A DNA stretch of 64,000 nucleotides. Source: Prorocentrum cordatum. Lineage: Eukaryota. Made by a program: the position numbers and the translations under genes. Positions 13,001 to 26,522 of the stretch are shown piece after piece. The notes under the pieces are model-generated. The model was not told the origin of the DNA, did no database searches, and was given only the letters and a program-made list of their open reading frames with translations. Position 1 is the first letter of the stretch; each line of letters begins with the position of its first letter. The stretch covers positions 1-64,000 of the forward strand of contig CAUYUJ010000276.1 of NCBI GenBank assembly GCA_963575745.1, written 5' to 3'.

Positions 13001-15150
13001 GGCGGCGCGTTCGGGGGGCGCCTGACAGCGCCCCTGGCCCCGACGGGCTCCACTTCGGGGCCTGGCGTTGTGGGCGAGGGGCCGATTTCTGATATGATGT
13101 CTTGTGCTGGACGCTGCAAGGCCCCCCCGTGCCCCTCTCCTTCTCTGCCCCCCATCGCTGTCTTTCTCCCCGAGCCGATCGCTGGGGAAGCGGAGTCCCT
13201 CGAGGGCCTGGTGCGAGCTGCTCGCGACCCTCGCCCGCTCGGCCTTGCGGGCGCGGCGAACAATATTGTCGGCGCCACCGTCGACCGCGCTGTCACTCCA
13301 GCTCCGCAGAAGCTTGAGGCCGCTAGTCAAAGGGGCGTCATTGCTGGCCGATATTTTGTCAATAGCATAGCTGACCTCGACAGCTCAGCTCGTCTTGCCA
13401 GTCGCAATGCCGTCGTCTCTAGGCCGCCCTTCCCCCCGCCTTGTTTGTTTTTTTTTCTTTTTATTGTTTTCTACGTTCGGGCCTCCCCGTCGGGGCGGCA
13501 GGAATGGGCGCCGACGCGCGCGCGCGCGCAGGCTCCCGCGCGGCTTCATCCGCGCAATCGAAGTGTCTTATGTTGTCAACCCCTGGTTTCAGCGAAGTTG
13601 GCCATGCCCTGTGCATGATCTACTGGATGCGTCCAGGAGCCCTCCAGGGACGCCCCCTCTTGGGATCCCTGTCCGTTCGGGCCTCGAACGCTTTTCTCGA
13701 CAATGCGTTTCAGAATAACGTATGCAAACGACGTGGATGCACCCGAGCTTGCCCCGACGATCTGGGGGTTGTGATCTGGCGGAGGAGGGGCTGCGCGGCG
13801 CTTGCCCGGGTCTTCCGTCTTGAGTCGAAGCTAGCAGATTTAATGCTGAAGGCGTCTAAGTGCATGGCCGTTCCCCTCGGAGCTCCGTTTTCTGATCCCT
13901 CTGATTCTGAGGCTGTTCGGAGGGTCCTCTCTAGAGCTGAGTCGGCTTGGGGCGAGTTTCAGATAGTTAGCGATCTCCCGCACCTTGGAGTCCGCCTTGG
14001 CCCCGGCGGCACCCTGCAGCAGCAATGGGGACCTCCCATGGACAAGCTCAAGGAGCGCGTGGCCTCATTGGCGCAGGTGGAGCGTCCTTCTCGAATAATG
14101 TATCCCGTTACCTTGAGCGTGGGCTTCCTGTGTTGGGATACAAGGCTCAGCCCTTCCCTCTCGCGAGGCGGCTCGCAGTTTCCGAGAGGCATCTGATCGC
14201 GCGGTTCTGGTGTGCTCCGAGCAGCAGCATGGGCCATGGAGAGTGGCTGCAGTCGTCTGAATGGGGTGGTCTTCAGCTGAAAAGTGCCCTGCCCCTTTGT
14301 TCTGCCCCCCTCGTGCGATCGGCTCTCATCGCCCTCGGCGCACGGCAAGTCCAGGTCGCGAGGTTGCGTCGGGCGATTGTGGAAAGGGGGCCCGTCGCGT
14401 GGCGGGATAGTGATAAGCTCGCCCCCGATGTTTGGGAATCTCCCTCGATCGCCTGGACGTTGGAGCGTGCTTCTCTCGGGTTCCCGCGTCCTCTGCCCCC
14501 TCCCCTGCGCGTGCCAGGCGGCAGGTGGCTCGGTCCAGGGGTGCGGCTCGAAGATGCGCCCTTGCCCTGCGGAGAGGTGGCGTCGAGGCGCTTGGCCTTT
14601 TCCGCTCGGGTGCCCCCAGGATTGAGCGCCGGCGCCCCAGGCGGCAGGGCGTGTTCCAGGGGAGCTTCGACCGAGCATTCTTTGCTAGTGGGAGCCTCGC
14701 GTGTCGGATCAGGACATGGGTGAGGAGTCGCTCCGATCCTGGATTTGAGTTAGGCAACGCTGATGAGCTGCAAGCACAATGGGATGTTGCCCCGATGGCA
14801 TGGAGCCTTATCGCGCACCGTAGTTGGCTGGTCTGCTGGATCACAAGCCAGCGCATGCAGAGGCCGCCCCACTCCTGTGTATTCGGCTCCCCCCACGCCC
14901 CAGATGCCATCCCCCACTATGTCCTTGAGTGTGTCCGCATCCAATGGGTTGCGTCCATGTCGCTCTATTCCATTATGCCCTCTGATCCTCTGTTCACCCT
15001 CGGCCTCCGCGGAGGCTCCTTTGCGTTCACTGTCGCGTTATACCACTCGTACCGCGTTGCATCGAGGCAGCCATCGTTGCCCCTCTCTGCTGCTCGCGCG
15101 ACATAGATTATAACTGCGATTCGGCTGGCCACTCGTTATCCCACCAGGTG
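10009..15150 (+). mobile_element. Decayed non-LTR retrotransposon 1 (ORF1, APE endonuclease, RT, C-terminal Cys/His motif)
   Basis: ORF1-like frames 10172-11550. APE motifs FRTWN (~11580), LSLQETH (~11717), QGDLN (~12085), NVDR, ISDHALV (~12355). RT-like motifs RPLGL (~13232), QRGVIAGR, LQGRPLLG (~13641), CPDDL (degenerate YADD, ~13750), HLGV (~13981). C-terminal CVFG...DAIPHYVLEC (~14875). Many frameshifts and stops; 3' end approximate. Confidence 0.88.
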
Positions 15151-15380
15151 ACGATACAGGCATTTCCTGCCCCGCGCCCACCTCGACAAGGTCATGGTGG
15201 AGGCGCTTGGGGAGGAAGAGTAGTGCAGTAAGGACCGGACGTCTTCGGCCACGTTCCACCTCCTCCTCCTCCTCCTCCTCCATCTCCTCCTCCTCCTCCC
15301 TCCTCCTCCTCCTCCTCATCCTCCTCCTCCTCCTCCTCCTCCTCCTCCCGGCCCCTCTCCTCCTCGTCGTCTGGGCTCAG

Positions 15381-15419
15381 GGGGGGGCCTGGCTGTCGGG
15401 CCACGCTCCCGTGGTCGAG
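15381..15419 (+). CDS. Tentative exon of gene A (GGAWLSGHAPVVE)
   Basis: CTCAG|G acceptor and GAG|GC donor. AGGCG is shared with the next acceptor at 18651-18655. Confidence 0.4.
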
Positions 15420-16184
15420 GCGCGACGTCGCCAGAGAGGCCCTCAGTAGCTCCTTGCCCCCGCGCCCTTACACTGCGAGTTGCACGGTGGCTGTGCCCTT
15501 GTTGTTCTGGTGGAGGAGGAGCAGGAGGAGGAGGAGGAGGAGGAGGAGGAGGAGGAGGAGGAGGAGGAGGAGGAGGAGGAGGAGGAGGAGGAGGAGGAGG
15601 AGGAGGAGGAGGAGGAGGAGGAGGAGGAGGAGGAGGAGGAGGAGGAGGAGGAGGAGGAGGAGGGAGGAGGAGGAGGAGGACGAGGAGGAGAAGGAGGAGG
15701 AGGAGGAGGAGAAGGAGGGGGATGGCGAACAACGAGCCCCCTGTTGCTCTGGCGACCCCCCCGCCCCGCCCCGAAGCAGAAGCGCGAAGGGAAAGACCCC
15801 GCCCAGGAGGCCGCCCAGGGTGGCGCCGCGGAGCGCCAGCCGGCGCTGGCGGCTGCGACGCCCGACGGGGAGGACCATCCCCGGGCGGCTCCCCCGCCGG
15901 CTGCCGGCGGCCCTCTCGGCCGCGAGTGGACGAGGAGGAGTTCGGCAGCACATCATGGGAGCCTCCCCAGACCTCCACCGCATTGAAAAACTCAAGACGG
16001 AGTTTTTTTTTTCTGTTTTTGTTTCGATGTTCGGCCTCAAGCGGCCTTCGCCGGGCCCCGGGACCTTCAAAAAACGATCCAGGATGAAAAACTGGTCCTG
16101 GGGAGTGGGTCGACACTTCTGGGGACCCCGTATTGAAAAAATCACGACATCAGATCCCTGGGTCGTGTACCCTCGCAATGATGT

Positions 16185-16345
16185 CTTTAGCGTCGATTAG
16201 CGTCTGGGAGTCGATGAGGTAGCGCCGATGTAGCGCCGGCTGGCGTCGATTTCGTGTCGATTTAGCGTCGATCTAGCGTCGACTGGCGTCGATACGCAAG
16301 AGCCGACCAGATGGTATGGGAAGTTCCCAAGAGTTGCCACCGAAG
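16185..16345. repeat. Dispersed repeat with internal AGCGTCGAT units (second copy about 48025-48205)
   Basis: Shared GGGAGTCGATGAGGTAGCGC...CGCAAGAGCCGAC.AGATGGT.TGGGA. Confidence 0.85.
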
Positions 16346-16879
16346 GGGAAGCGAGGAGGGTCGTCATGGATCGGGTCACGCTCCCAGACCCCCTTCCAGT
16401 CATGGAAAATGCACGGCGGGAGGTTGTCACGCTCTGCTTCTACACGCTGATCGTTGACAGTCGGTATTTATGGGTTCCCAAATCCCAATCTACTTCGAGT
16501 GCCTTTTTTATTTCAAGAATCGATATATGTTGTTGCTGTGTCTTGTGAGTTTCTGAAAGGGTCTGAACCCAATCTACCTTATCCGCCTTCCTAGTTCATG
16601 CTTTTACGTACTTCTTCCGACCGACGTGTCTATAGGGCCCCTTCCCTTACCGGACCCCGAGGCTGTCAAAGAACGGCTCAGGATGACAAGCCGGTCCGGG
16701 GGAATGGGTCGATAACGTGGGGGCGACGTCGGGCGTCTGGGGGATCGGTGCAGGGAGGTTGTTCGTTTCGTCCTCCGGCGCGTGACGGTCGTTAACCGGG
16801 CCAACCCACCCTTCGCTTTGGGTAGCGGTAACGATCCTACGTTGCGGGGTGGCCGTGACCCCCCCCCCCACATGCTGCT

Positions 16880-17368
16880 GGTGGGGGGGGGGGGAGGGGG
16901 GAGGGGGAGGGAGGAGGAGGAGGAGGAGGAGGAGGAGGAGGAGGAGAGGAGGAGGAGGAGGAGGAGGAGGAGGAGGAGGAGGAGGAGGAGGAGGAGGAGA
17001 GGAGGAGGAGGAGGAGGAAGGAGGAGGAGGAGGAGGAGGAGGAGGAGGAGGAGGAAGGAGGAGGAGGAGGAGGAGGAGGAGGAGAGGAGGAGGAGGAGGA
17101 GGAGGAGGGAGGAGGGAGGAGGAGGGGAGGGAGGGAGGGAGAGGGAGGGAGGGAGGGAGGGAGGGAGGGAGGGAGGGGAGGGAGGGAGGGAGGAGGGAGG
17201 GAGGGAGGGAGGGAGGGAGGGAGGAGGGAGGGAGGGAGGAGGGAGGGAGGGAGGGAGGGAGGGAGGGAGGGAGGGAGGGAGGGAGGGAGGGAGGGAGGGA
17301 GGGAGGGAGGGGAGGGAGGGAGGGAGGGAGGGAGGGAGGGAGGAGGAGGAGGAGGAGGAGGAGGGAGG
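16880..17368. repeat. (GGA)n/(GGGA)n microsatellite
   Basis: Directly visible. Confidence 0.95.
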
Positions 17369-18359
17369 CGCGCATACTATGGCGATCGCAGCAGCGCACC
17401 CCGCCCGACGTGTCCCACCCCGCCCAGGCGTTACCCTTACCCGGGCACCGCCCCCCCGCCACCCCGGGTGCAACAACATGTAGCAGCCGTTGTCTGAGTT
17501 GATGGACATGAGCAAAAACAGCTTCTGGGGGGGATGCATCGATCGCGGTGCCTATCGCCCCGATGTGCGTTGGCGATGTATCGCCGGCATTCGGGTCGAT
17601 GCTTCGCCCCCAGAGCCGGCCTCCCCTTGAGGTTCCCCCTCAGCTGATCGGGAGGGTGCCGTCGCGGAAGAAGGTTGTCTGGGCTACGCCTGGTAGGGGC
17701 GAGATTGGAGAGGCGGACCGAGCTGACGTCGCACGCTTCCCGTCCCGCCCCTGCTCTGGCCTGCCTCTTTCCCACCGAGCGCGGCCGACTTCTCGCAAAC
17801 GTTTGGAAAACACATGACTGGTTCGGTGCATTGGGCCGCAAAAAAAAACCGCGGCGGATCCAGGCAATTTGCGAGCAGTTACTTTGCGAGTAGTGGGACG
17901 CGCTTGTCTACGTTCGCAGCGTCGACCCCCAGAGGTCTCGAGCCCCCTTCCCTGGGACCAGGTCTTCATCCTGGGCTGATTTTGTAGGCAGCCCCGCGGC
18001 CTGGCGAGGGCCCCCAGAGGCTGGCAACGACCCGACCTTGCGCATCGCGATCTTTGCCACACTGGCGGCCCGACCGAGGCAGGAGGTCGAGGCCGGTGCG
18101 GCCAGGGTGCCCCAGTGCTCTTCGTGTCTGCGGGATGCTCTTGTGCAGCTTCGCACCCTCGAGACTGTTCTGCCGCTTGGGCCGGCGGAGGGCCCCATGC
18201 TCTGGAAGGATGTGCTCCGGTCTCAGCTCCGACCGCAGAGGAGGCGGGGCCGTCGCCGCGGCTGGATGCGGCCCGAGCAGCTGGCCAGCTGGGTGGCCCT
18301 CCCTCTGCTGGCAGGGGCACCATGTGGCCGGGCCGCCTGGGAGGGCCTCGCCGCCCGCG

Positions 18360-19615
<1,256 letters not shown>

Positions 19616-19652
19616 CGGCGGATCCCCGCCAGCCTCGCCCGCCCGCGCGGAG

Positions 19653-19748
19653 GAGCCCTCGAGGGCGCCCCTGAAGCTGTCGTCCGACGCCCCCATCTTC
19701 GTGCCCAGCTTCATGCCCGCGCCGCCGGCGCCCCCCGCGGTGCCGATG
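19653..19748 (+). CDS. Gene A exon with PAM2-like motif 1 (EPSRAPLKLSSDAPIFVPSFMPAPPAPPAVPM)
   Basis: GGAG|G acceptor, ATG|GT donor, 96 nt, strong GC3 bias. KLSSDAPIFVP fits the PAM2 consensus LxxxAxxFxP. Confidence 0.75.
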
Positions 19749-19980
19749 GTCGGGGGGCTTGAGACGGGGGTCAATGCAGACGGGGGTGAGCCAGAGCGCC
19801 CGATCTTGCAGAATCCTGCAGGGCCAGGGTCGCATTGACCTGGGCTTGGGTGCAGGATCCTGCAGGATCGAGCAGGATCCTTCGCATTGACCCGGGCTTG
19901 GGCGCAGGATCTTGCAGGATCCTGCAAGGCCTGACTGACCCGGGACTGGACTGACCCGGGTCAGAGGACCCCCGAGACAG
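19749..19980 (+). mobile_element. Introner-like MITE family I, copy 1 (232-bp GT-AG intron)
   Basis: Imperfect TIRs of about 45 bp (TCGGGGG...GAGACGGGGGTCAATGCAGAC / CTGACCCGGGTCAGAGGACCCCCGA) and internal GCAGGATCCT repeats. Removal joins ...VPM|GAKGGG... in frame. Confidence 0.75.
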
Positions 19981-20042
19981 GGGGCGAAGGGGGGGGGGCG
20001 TCGCCTTGAAGGCGACGGGCCCTCAGGGAAACCGGTCCTGAG
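19981..20042 (+). CDS. Gene A exon (GAKGGGRRLEGDGPSGKPVL-R)
   Basis: ACAG|G acceptor and AG|GT donor, phase 2. Confidence 0.55.
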
Positions 20043-20313
20043 GTTCTTCGCCGCTCCTCGGCCTCCCGGGCCGGCGACACGCGTAAGAGTGGCCCGGCCC
20101 CGCGCCAGCGCGCGGCGTTTCGAGAGCGCAGGAGGAGGCCGAGCCCGAGCGCACGGGCCGTCGTTGTCGCGACGCCTGCAGCAATCGGCGAGCCGCGCTC
20201 ACTCTTGCCTCGGGGCTCGCTCCTGCGTGTAGCCGCCTGGGGCCCCTCACGGGCCCGTCTAAAGAAACGCCTCGAGATGGAGAGCTGGTGGTGGGGAAGG
20301 CCTTCTCGGGTGT

Positions 20314-20477
20314 GGCCAGGACGAGGATGAAATCCGTTCCAGAGCTTTTCTGGAACGCTCTCAGAGCGTCCTGGGACGCTCTGGGAAGAAGGCCGCGGCG
20401 GCCGAGACATGCTCCGGAGCCGCCAGATCTCAGAGATTCTCGATTCATCCTCACCCGAATTTGGCCTCGTCCTGGCC
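20314..20477. mobile_element. MITE family H (inverted homologue at about 62040-62187)
   Basis: TIR GGCCAGGACGAGG / CCTCGTCCTGGCC. The internal GGAACGCTCTCAGAGCG core is shared with the 62-kb copy. Confidence 0.7.
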
Positions 20478-20889
20478 TCGTCATTCTCTAGGGTCCAGGA
20501 CCTGTTTCCCTCAGGACCGGAATCGTCCACAGCACAGGTGGATCTGGAGTCAGCGGAAGAGAGGGGAAGAGGACGTTGGAGTGGGATAGGGGAGGGAAAA
20601 AGGAGGAGGAGGGGGAGGGGGAGAAGGGTGGGGAGGGAGTCTGCTCCTCCACAGCGGCCTCATCGTCCTCGCCGTCCTCCCGTCGCCACTTCTGCCTCCC
20701 AGATGTGCGTCGGAGCAGAGCGGGGTCGACGGCGCCGACATTCGCGCGCAGGCCTCCCGCGTAGGGTCGCGCGCGAGCGCGCCCTCTTCTCCAGGCGGCG
20801 TGCCACTGGTGGCCCGTGTAACGCCCGCGGCGTGAGGTTGTTATGTCTTCTCGTGCGAGACTCGCTTCCTTTCTCGTCGCTCAGATGGT

Positions 20890-21026
20890 GTCCAAGCAGG
20901 TCGGGTCGGACGATCGCGCCGCATCTCCGATGCGCCGCTGGTCGATGCGGAGCCCGATTTTCTCCACGCCGATGTCGCCGATGCGTCGGCAACGATTCAT
21001 CGGCGATGCGGCGCGATCCTCCGATC
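20890..21026. mobile_element. Palindromic MITE family E (fuller copy at about 58278-58465)
   Basis: GGGTCGGA.GATCGCGCC.CATC.CCGATGC ... CATCGGCGATGCGGC.CGATC.TCCGA in both copies. Confidence 0.75.
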
Positions 21027-21789
21027 AGTCCCGGGCAGTCGCCGCGGGGCTGGGGTGACCGTCGGATCGACGAGTTCGTTGTCGACTTTTTTTGACGGGC
21101 CCCGTCAACCGTTCAGGGCAGTCTAGCGCTGTCAAATTTTGCGCGGCGGTGGCACGACCTCGGTGGGCGCGCCGTCGAACCCCGCAGGACAGCCCGTCGC
21201 TGCCAAAATTGGCGTGGCGGCTGTACGACGAGCGCGGGCACGGGTCTCATGCGCCTTCTGGTGCTCACACTCGTTATGGTGCTCGCATGTGGTTGGCTAT
21301 ACGCAGGCTATGGGCAGGTCACGAAGAGGCCTTGAATAGACCTTGGCTCGGCCGTGGACTGGCCTCAATCGGGCTCTGGCTAGGGCATGGAGAAGCTCTC
21401 GGCAGGCCGCCTGGGTCAGGCCTGGGTCAGGCCTTGGGCAGGCCTTGGGTTGGCCCTGGTCAGGCCCCGTGTTGGCCTCGGGTGTGCTCCAGGTGGGCCC
21501 CGGGTAGGGCTTGGTCACGCTCCTGGTCGTCTAGGCACTGGGTAGGCGTTGGGTGGGCCCCAGGTAGGGTCTGGGGGCGCCTTCGGTAGGCCCGGGCTGA
21601 CCTTGAGTAGGCCTTCGGTCAACCTCGGGAAGGCTCTGGATTGGCGCTGGGCGGGCCAAGCGGAATCGGAAGATGACCACAAACCGCTTAGACACAGTCT
21701 GCCTGCGCCATGCTTGGCCGCCAGCTGGTGGTTCACATCGGCGAGCGGAGCTTCAGGGGCGGCGAGGAGTCGGCAGCGAGAACATGTCT

Positions 21790-23945
21790 CTGTCTCTCTC
21801 CTTTCCATCCGTCCTATCTTCCCCTGTTTTAGGGGCTGCGCCACATGCACGTGACAGGAAAGGGAGATATAACCCCTGGGGGGTACGATCGACGACGAAA
21901 ATTGCGTGAATGAAACGCGAGCAGATAGGAGGGGTCAGTCTTGTAGTGATTGCTGTTGTTGTTGCTGCTGTTGTTGCTGCTGTTGTTGGTGGGGGTGGTG
22001 GTTCAGTTGTTGTTGGTGGTGGTGGTGGTGTTGATGTTGCTGTTGCTGCTATTGCTGTTGCTGTTGCTGTTATTGAGATATGCGTTGTTTATGTTGTTGT
22101 TGGTGATGTTGTTTTTGCTGCTGCTGTTGTTGCTGTTGAATTCCCATGCCGAAGAGTAAGTATTATTGATCCCCCAGTGATCAGTGCACCCGGGGCTAGC
22201 ACCCGGTTTTTTATCAGGGGAAATATGTTGTCACCGAACCGTTTCGTTAGTCCCCGGTTTAGAACAATAGCGGCCCCCGGTTGATATTTTCTCACAAGGT
22301 ATTTCAAATTCGCGCTCTCGCGCGGTAAGTCATCATACATTATGCAGGGAAATCGCGCTCTCGCGTGGTATTTTCTCATAATGTATTGCTGCACCGTGCC
22401 CCCAAGTCTCACAAACCACGCTCTCACTCTGGACTGCCTGAGAATTTGCTTGGGAAGTGTGCTATCGCTCGAAATTTCCTTCATCGTGAGTTGACGCTTT
22501 AGCGACCCGCCCGCTCGACCTGGCCGTCTGGGCCCGCCCGACCGACCTGCCCGACACGCCAGTCTGGTTCTGCCGCTGGTGCTCCTGCTCCTAACCCCCT
22601 CCTCCTGCAAATGCCTCTCGCGCTCCTTCTTTCTCCCTCCCCCTTATCTCTTCACTCCTCCCCTCCTTCGCCTGTTTTAGGTGCTGCGCCACCTGCACGC
22701 GGCAGGTAAAGAAGATATACCCCCTAGAGGGGGTACGATCGAAGACAAAGGGGGAGGGTACCGAGGGTTTGGGGTTGAATGGCACGCTCGCCAATAAGAG
22801 CGACCCCTGGTAACCATGTTGTATATTGTTTGATTAAAGTGCTTCTCCCGGGGCTAGCACCCTTTTTTTTCAAGGGAATAAGAGGTATCACAAAATTGTG
22901 CCCTGGCCCCTGGTTTACAACAGCAACAACAACGGCTTCCGCCTGGCATGTCCTCATAATGTATTCCCAATCCGCGCTCTCGCGCGGGACTTCTTCACAC
23001 GTTGATGCAAGAATCGCGCTCTTGCGTGGGACTTATTCGCAATGTATTCAGACGCCCCGCACTCGACACTCGGGAATTATGCTCTCGCTGTGGATTCTCT
23101 CACGATTTATTTGGGAATCGCGCTACCGCTCGAGACTTCCTCGCGATTCATGCCAGACCCACGCTTCAGCAACCCGCCTGCTCGACTTGACCGCCTGGGC
23201 CCGCCTTCCCGACCCGCCCGTTAGGGTCTACCCGCCCGATCTGCCCGTCTGGTTTTGCCACGTGCTTTTTGCTCCTAGCCCCCCTCCTGCTACTCTCTCG
23301 TGCTCTATCCTCCTCCATACCCCTTTGTCCCCTCTTTCCATTCGTCCTCTCTTCCCTGCCTTAAGAGCTGCACGTCATACAAGTTGCAGGTAAGAAAGAT
23401 CTACCCCTAAGGGGTTCCGAATCGAAGGCGAAGAGGGCGGGTATCGATGGCTTGGGATATACGTGTTGAATGGCACGCGAGCAGGTAAGAGCGAGCAGTG
23501 CTGCAATTATTTGCTGTTGTTGTTGCTGTTGTTGAACTCTCATTTCTGAAGAATAATCATGTTTGATCCCCCCTGCCCAGTGCACATTGTTTTCTTCAAT
23601 TGAAGTGCCCCTCCCGGGATTCGCACCTTGTTTGTTATCGAGGAAACTTTTGAGCGTCAAATTGTGCCCCCGGCCCCCGAGTTACAACAACTGCTCCCGC
23701 CTGATACTTCCTCAGAATGTATGGAGAAATCAGGCTCTCGCGCGGGACGCTCTCGCGTGGGACTTCCTCGCCATATTTTCAGACGACACGCCCTACTCAG
23801 GAATCACGCTCCCGCTGTTGATTTCTTGACGATTCATTTGGGAATCGCGCTATCGCTCGAGACTTCCTCGCGATTCATGCCAGACGCACGCTTCAGCAAC
23901 CCGCCTGCTCGACCTGGCCGCCTGGGCCCGCCTTCCCGACCCGCT
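21790..23945. repeat. Three diverged tandem copies of a unit of about 620-840 bp
   Basis: The same block order recurs from about 21790, 22630 and 23320: CTGCGCCAC.TGCAC...GGGGGTACGATCGA; CCCGGG.CTAGCACC; CGCGCTCTCGCGCGG; CCGCC.GCTCGAC.TG.CCG.CTGGGCCCGCC. Confidence 0.85.
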
Positions 23946-24494
23946 TGTCATCCGATGGCATGGCAATGTCAGACTGCGGCAGGGATGACGCAGGCAGATG
24001 ACTCGAGATCCGATGAAATGGCTTGATGTGACAAAACGACCGTAGCGTTGATCACAGATGGCTACGGCAGTGCACGCAATACAAAGGCAGAGCGAGAGAG
24101 AGATACAGAGACGGAGAGGAGAAGGAGGAGGGGAGATGGTAATATCGTAAATAAGCTGTGGAGCACCGCTAGCTTCAGACGGGCAGCTCGCATTTCTTCT
24201 CTATCTCGTAGGGCGGGCTGTACTCGCGATCGTTCAGCACTCAGTCGCATACCTCGCTTTAAATCGTCATCCTCACGGAACGTGACGGGCTTGCAGTACA
24301 GCACCACTCCGTCGTCTAGGATATCGTGCCTCCCTGCAGCAAGGCGCTTCTGGGCAGAAGCGAAGGTATCATCGTATACCAGCCTCCAGTAACTGCATCT
24401 GTGCGAGCATCGTACACCCATCGGGATCATCGTATAGCCCATCCGCTGGGACCCCATTTGGGAGGCCTCGTCCTCGATGTCCTGCCGCCGCCCC

Positions 24495-24752
24495 CCCTCA
24501 CTCCAGATCCGCCGTGCTTTGGGTGATTTCGTGAGCATGGCGGAAATACCCGCCCTGCTTTCCAAGCTCCTGTGATGTGGACTTCGGGCCTGCTCTGCCG
24601 TAGCTGTTTCCACCACACCTCTGTTGAAACACAAGGCTTGACTCGTCTGCGGCGGCAATGCTCCCAAGACGTTTTCGCATCGTGCGGACGGGCTCCCTCG
24701 CTCGCAAGCTTCGTCGGAGACCAACCAAAGTACGGCGGATCCGGAGTCAGGG
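24495..24752. mobile_element. MITE family B, copy 1
   Basis: TIR of about 28 bp CCCTCACTCCAGATCCGCCGTGCTTTGG / CCAAAGTACGGCGGATCCGGAGTCAGGG. Homologue at 50258-50433. Confidence 0.85.
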
Positions 24753-24882
24753 TCCTCCTCCTCGGCCTGTCCTCCTCGTGCCCCTCGACCTCCCCAGAGC
24801 TCCGACGCCGCGCTCTGTCCACGACGTCGGCCCCCAGGGGTCTGGAGGCCCCTTCCCCCGGACCAGCCGGCGGCCCCGCGAG
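24751..24882 (+). CDS. Gene A exon (VLLLGLSSSCPSTSPELRRRALSTTSAPRGLEAPSPGPAGGPA-R)
   Basis: GTCAG|G acceptor supplied by the MITE B TIR, AG|GC donor, 132 nt, phase 2-2 compatible with neighbours. Confidence 0.5.
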
Positions 24883-25959
24883 GCCGGGCGAGGGCCCCCT
24901 CGGAGGCCGAAAATGAGCATCGAAAATGGCCCGTCGTGCCCTTCCCGCGGCCAGGTCCTGTCTGGGTTCTCGTGCTCTCCTTCGCGTGCTCCCCGGCCTC
25001 CGCCACTACGCCTCCCCCTCGCCCTCGTCGCCTCGGTGCTCGCGCACCCTCTCGCGCCTCCGCCTGGGCCGCCTCTGCTTCGGCCCCTCCTTGTCCCCCT
25101 CGCCCTCCTTCTCCTCGTCGTCCTCTTCCCTCCCCCTTCCTCTCCCTCGCCCCCTCCTGCCCCCCCCCCCACACACACACACCTCCTCTCGTGAAGAGAT
25201 ACAGAAGGTCACCTGCCTGGCTCTGTTGAGGTTGGGAGCGAGCCAGGCCGTAAGCGCCTTTACCTTGTTTTCACCGTCTGTCCCTGTGAAGCAAGCACGG
25301 CGGACGGTTTCTGGCCGTGTTTTCCGCTTTGGGGGCCCCCACCAGGCCTTGGGACCGCGAGTCAGGAAGCAGCCCAAGATAAACATGTGTCCCTGGGAAT
25401 GGTCCTGACCTTTGGGAGTCAAAGCTGCGAAGAAATCACGACGTCGGAGTTCTGGGTCCACCTCCGTCGTCACCGTCGTCGGCGCGGCCAGTGTGCATTC
25501 GCGATACTGAAAGTCGGGAGGATCGACTTTCCAAGTGTACCCTTGCATTCTTTCTCTTCAGCACATCCTTGCCCACTCTCGTTGGCCGTGCCACGCTCGA
25601 AAAATGTCGGCATTGGCCTTCCAAGGCCCTTGCATCCTCATTGCGCATCCCTACTATCAGTTTAGACTGTACAGTGCCGTTTGTTTTATACATGCTCCGC
25701 GTGCGGATCATGTATGAAAACATGCAGGGATTTAGCATTAAAAATAACGATGAGTTCATGCATAACTGTATTCATAATTTTTATCATGCATTAGAAAGCC
25801 TATATGTTGAAAAATCCTATGTATTGAAAACTACCGTGTACGCAAATCGACGGTGCAGGTGCACCGATAGGGGCTGTCGTTGCCGCCCTCGGCGCAGGGC
25901 GGTGCCGCAATCCGACCTCGCCAGGTGTCGCGGAGGAGGCGGGGGGCGCGGGGCGGATG

Positions 25960-26490
25960 GCGGAGGAGGAGGAGGAGGAGGAGGAGGAGGAGGAGGAGGA
26001 GGAGGAGGAGGAGGAGGAGGAGGAGGAGGAGGAGGAGGAGGAGGAGGAGGAGGAGGAGGAGGAGGAGGAGGAGGAGGAGGAGGAGGAGGAGGAGGAGGAG
26101 GAGGAGGAGGAGGAGGAGGAGGAGGAGGAGGAGGAGGAGGAGGGAGGAGGAGGAGGAGGGAGGAGGAGGAGGAGGAGGAGGAGGAGGAGGAGGAGGAAGG
26201 AGGAGGAGGAGGAGGAGGAGGAGGAGGAGGGAGGAGGAGGAGGAGGAGGAGGAGGAGGAGGAGGAGGAGGAGGAGAGAGGATGAGGAGGAGGAGGAGGAG
26301 GAGGAGGAGGAGGAGGAGGAGGAGGAGGAGGAGGAGGAGGAGGAGGAGGAGGAGGAGGAGGAGGAGGAGGAGGAGGAGGAGGAGGAGGAGGAGGAGGGAA
26401 GGAGGAGGAGGAGGAGGAGGAGGAGGAGGAGGAGGAGGAGGAGGAGGAGGAGGAGGAGGAGGAGGAGGAGGAGGAGGAGGAGGAGGAGGA

Positions 26491-26522
<32 letters not shown>

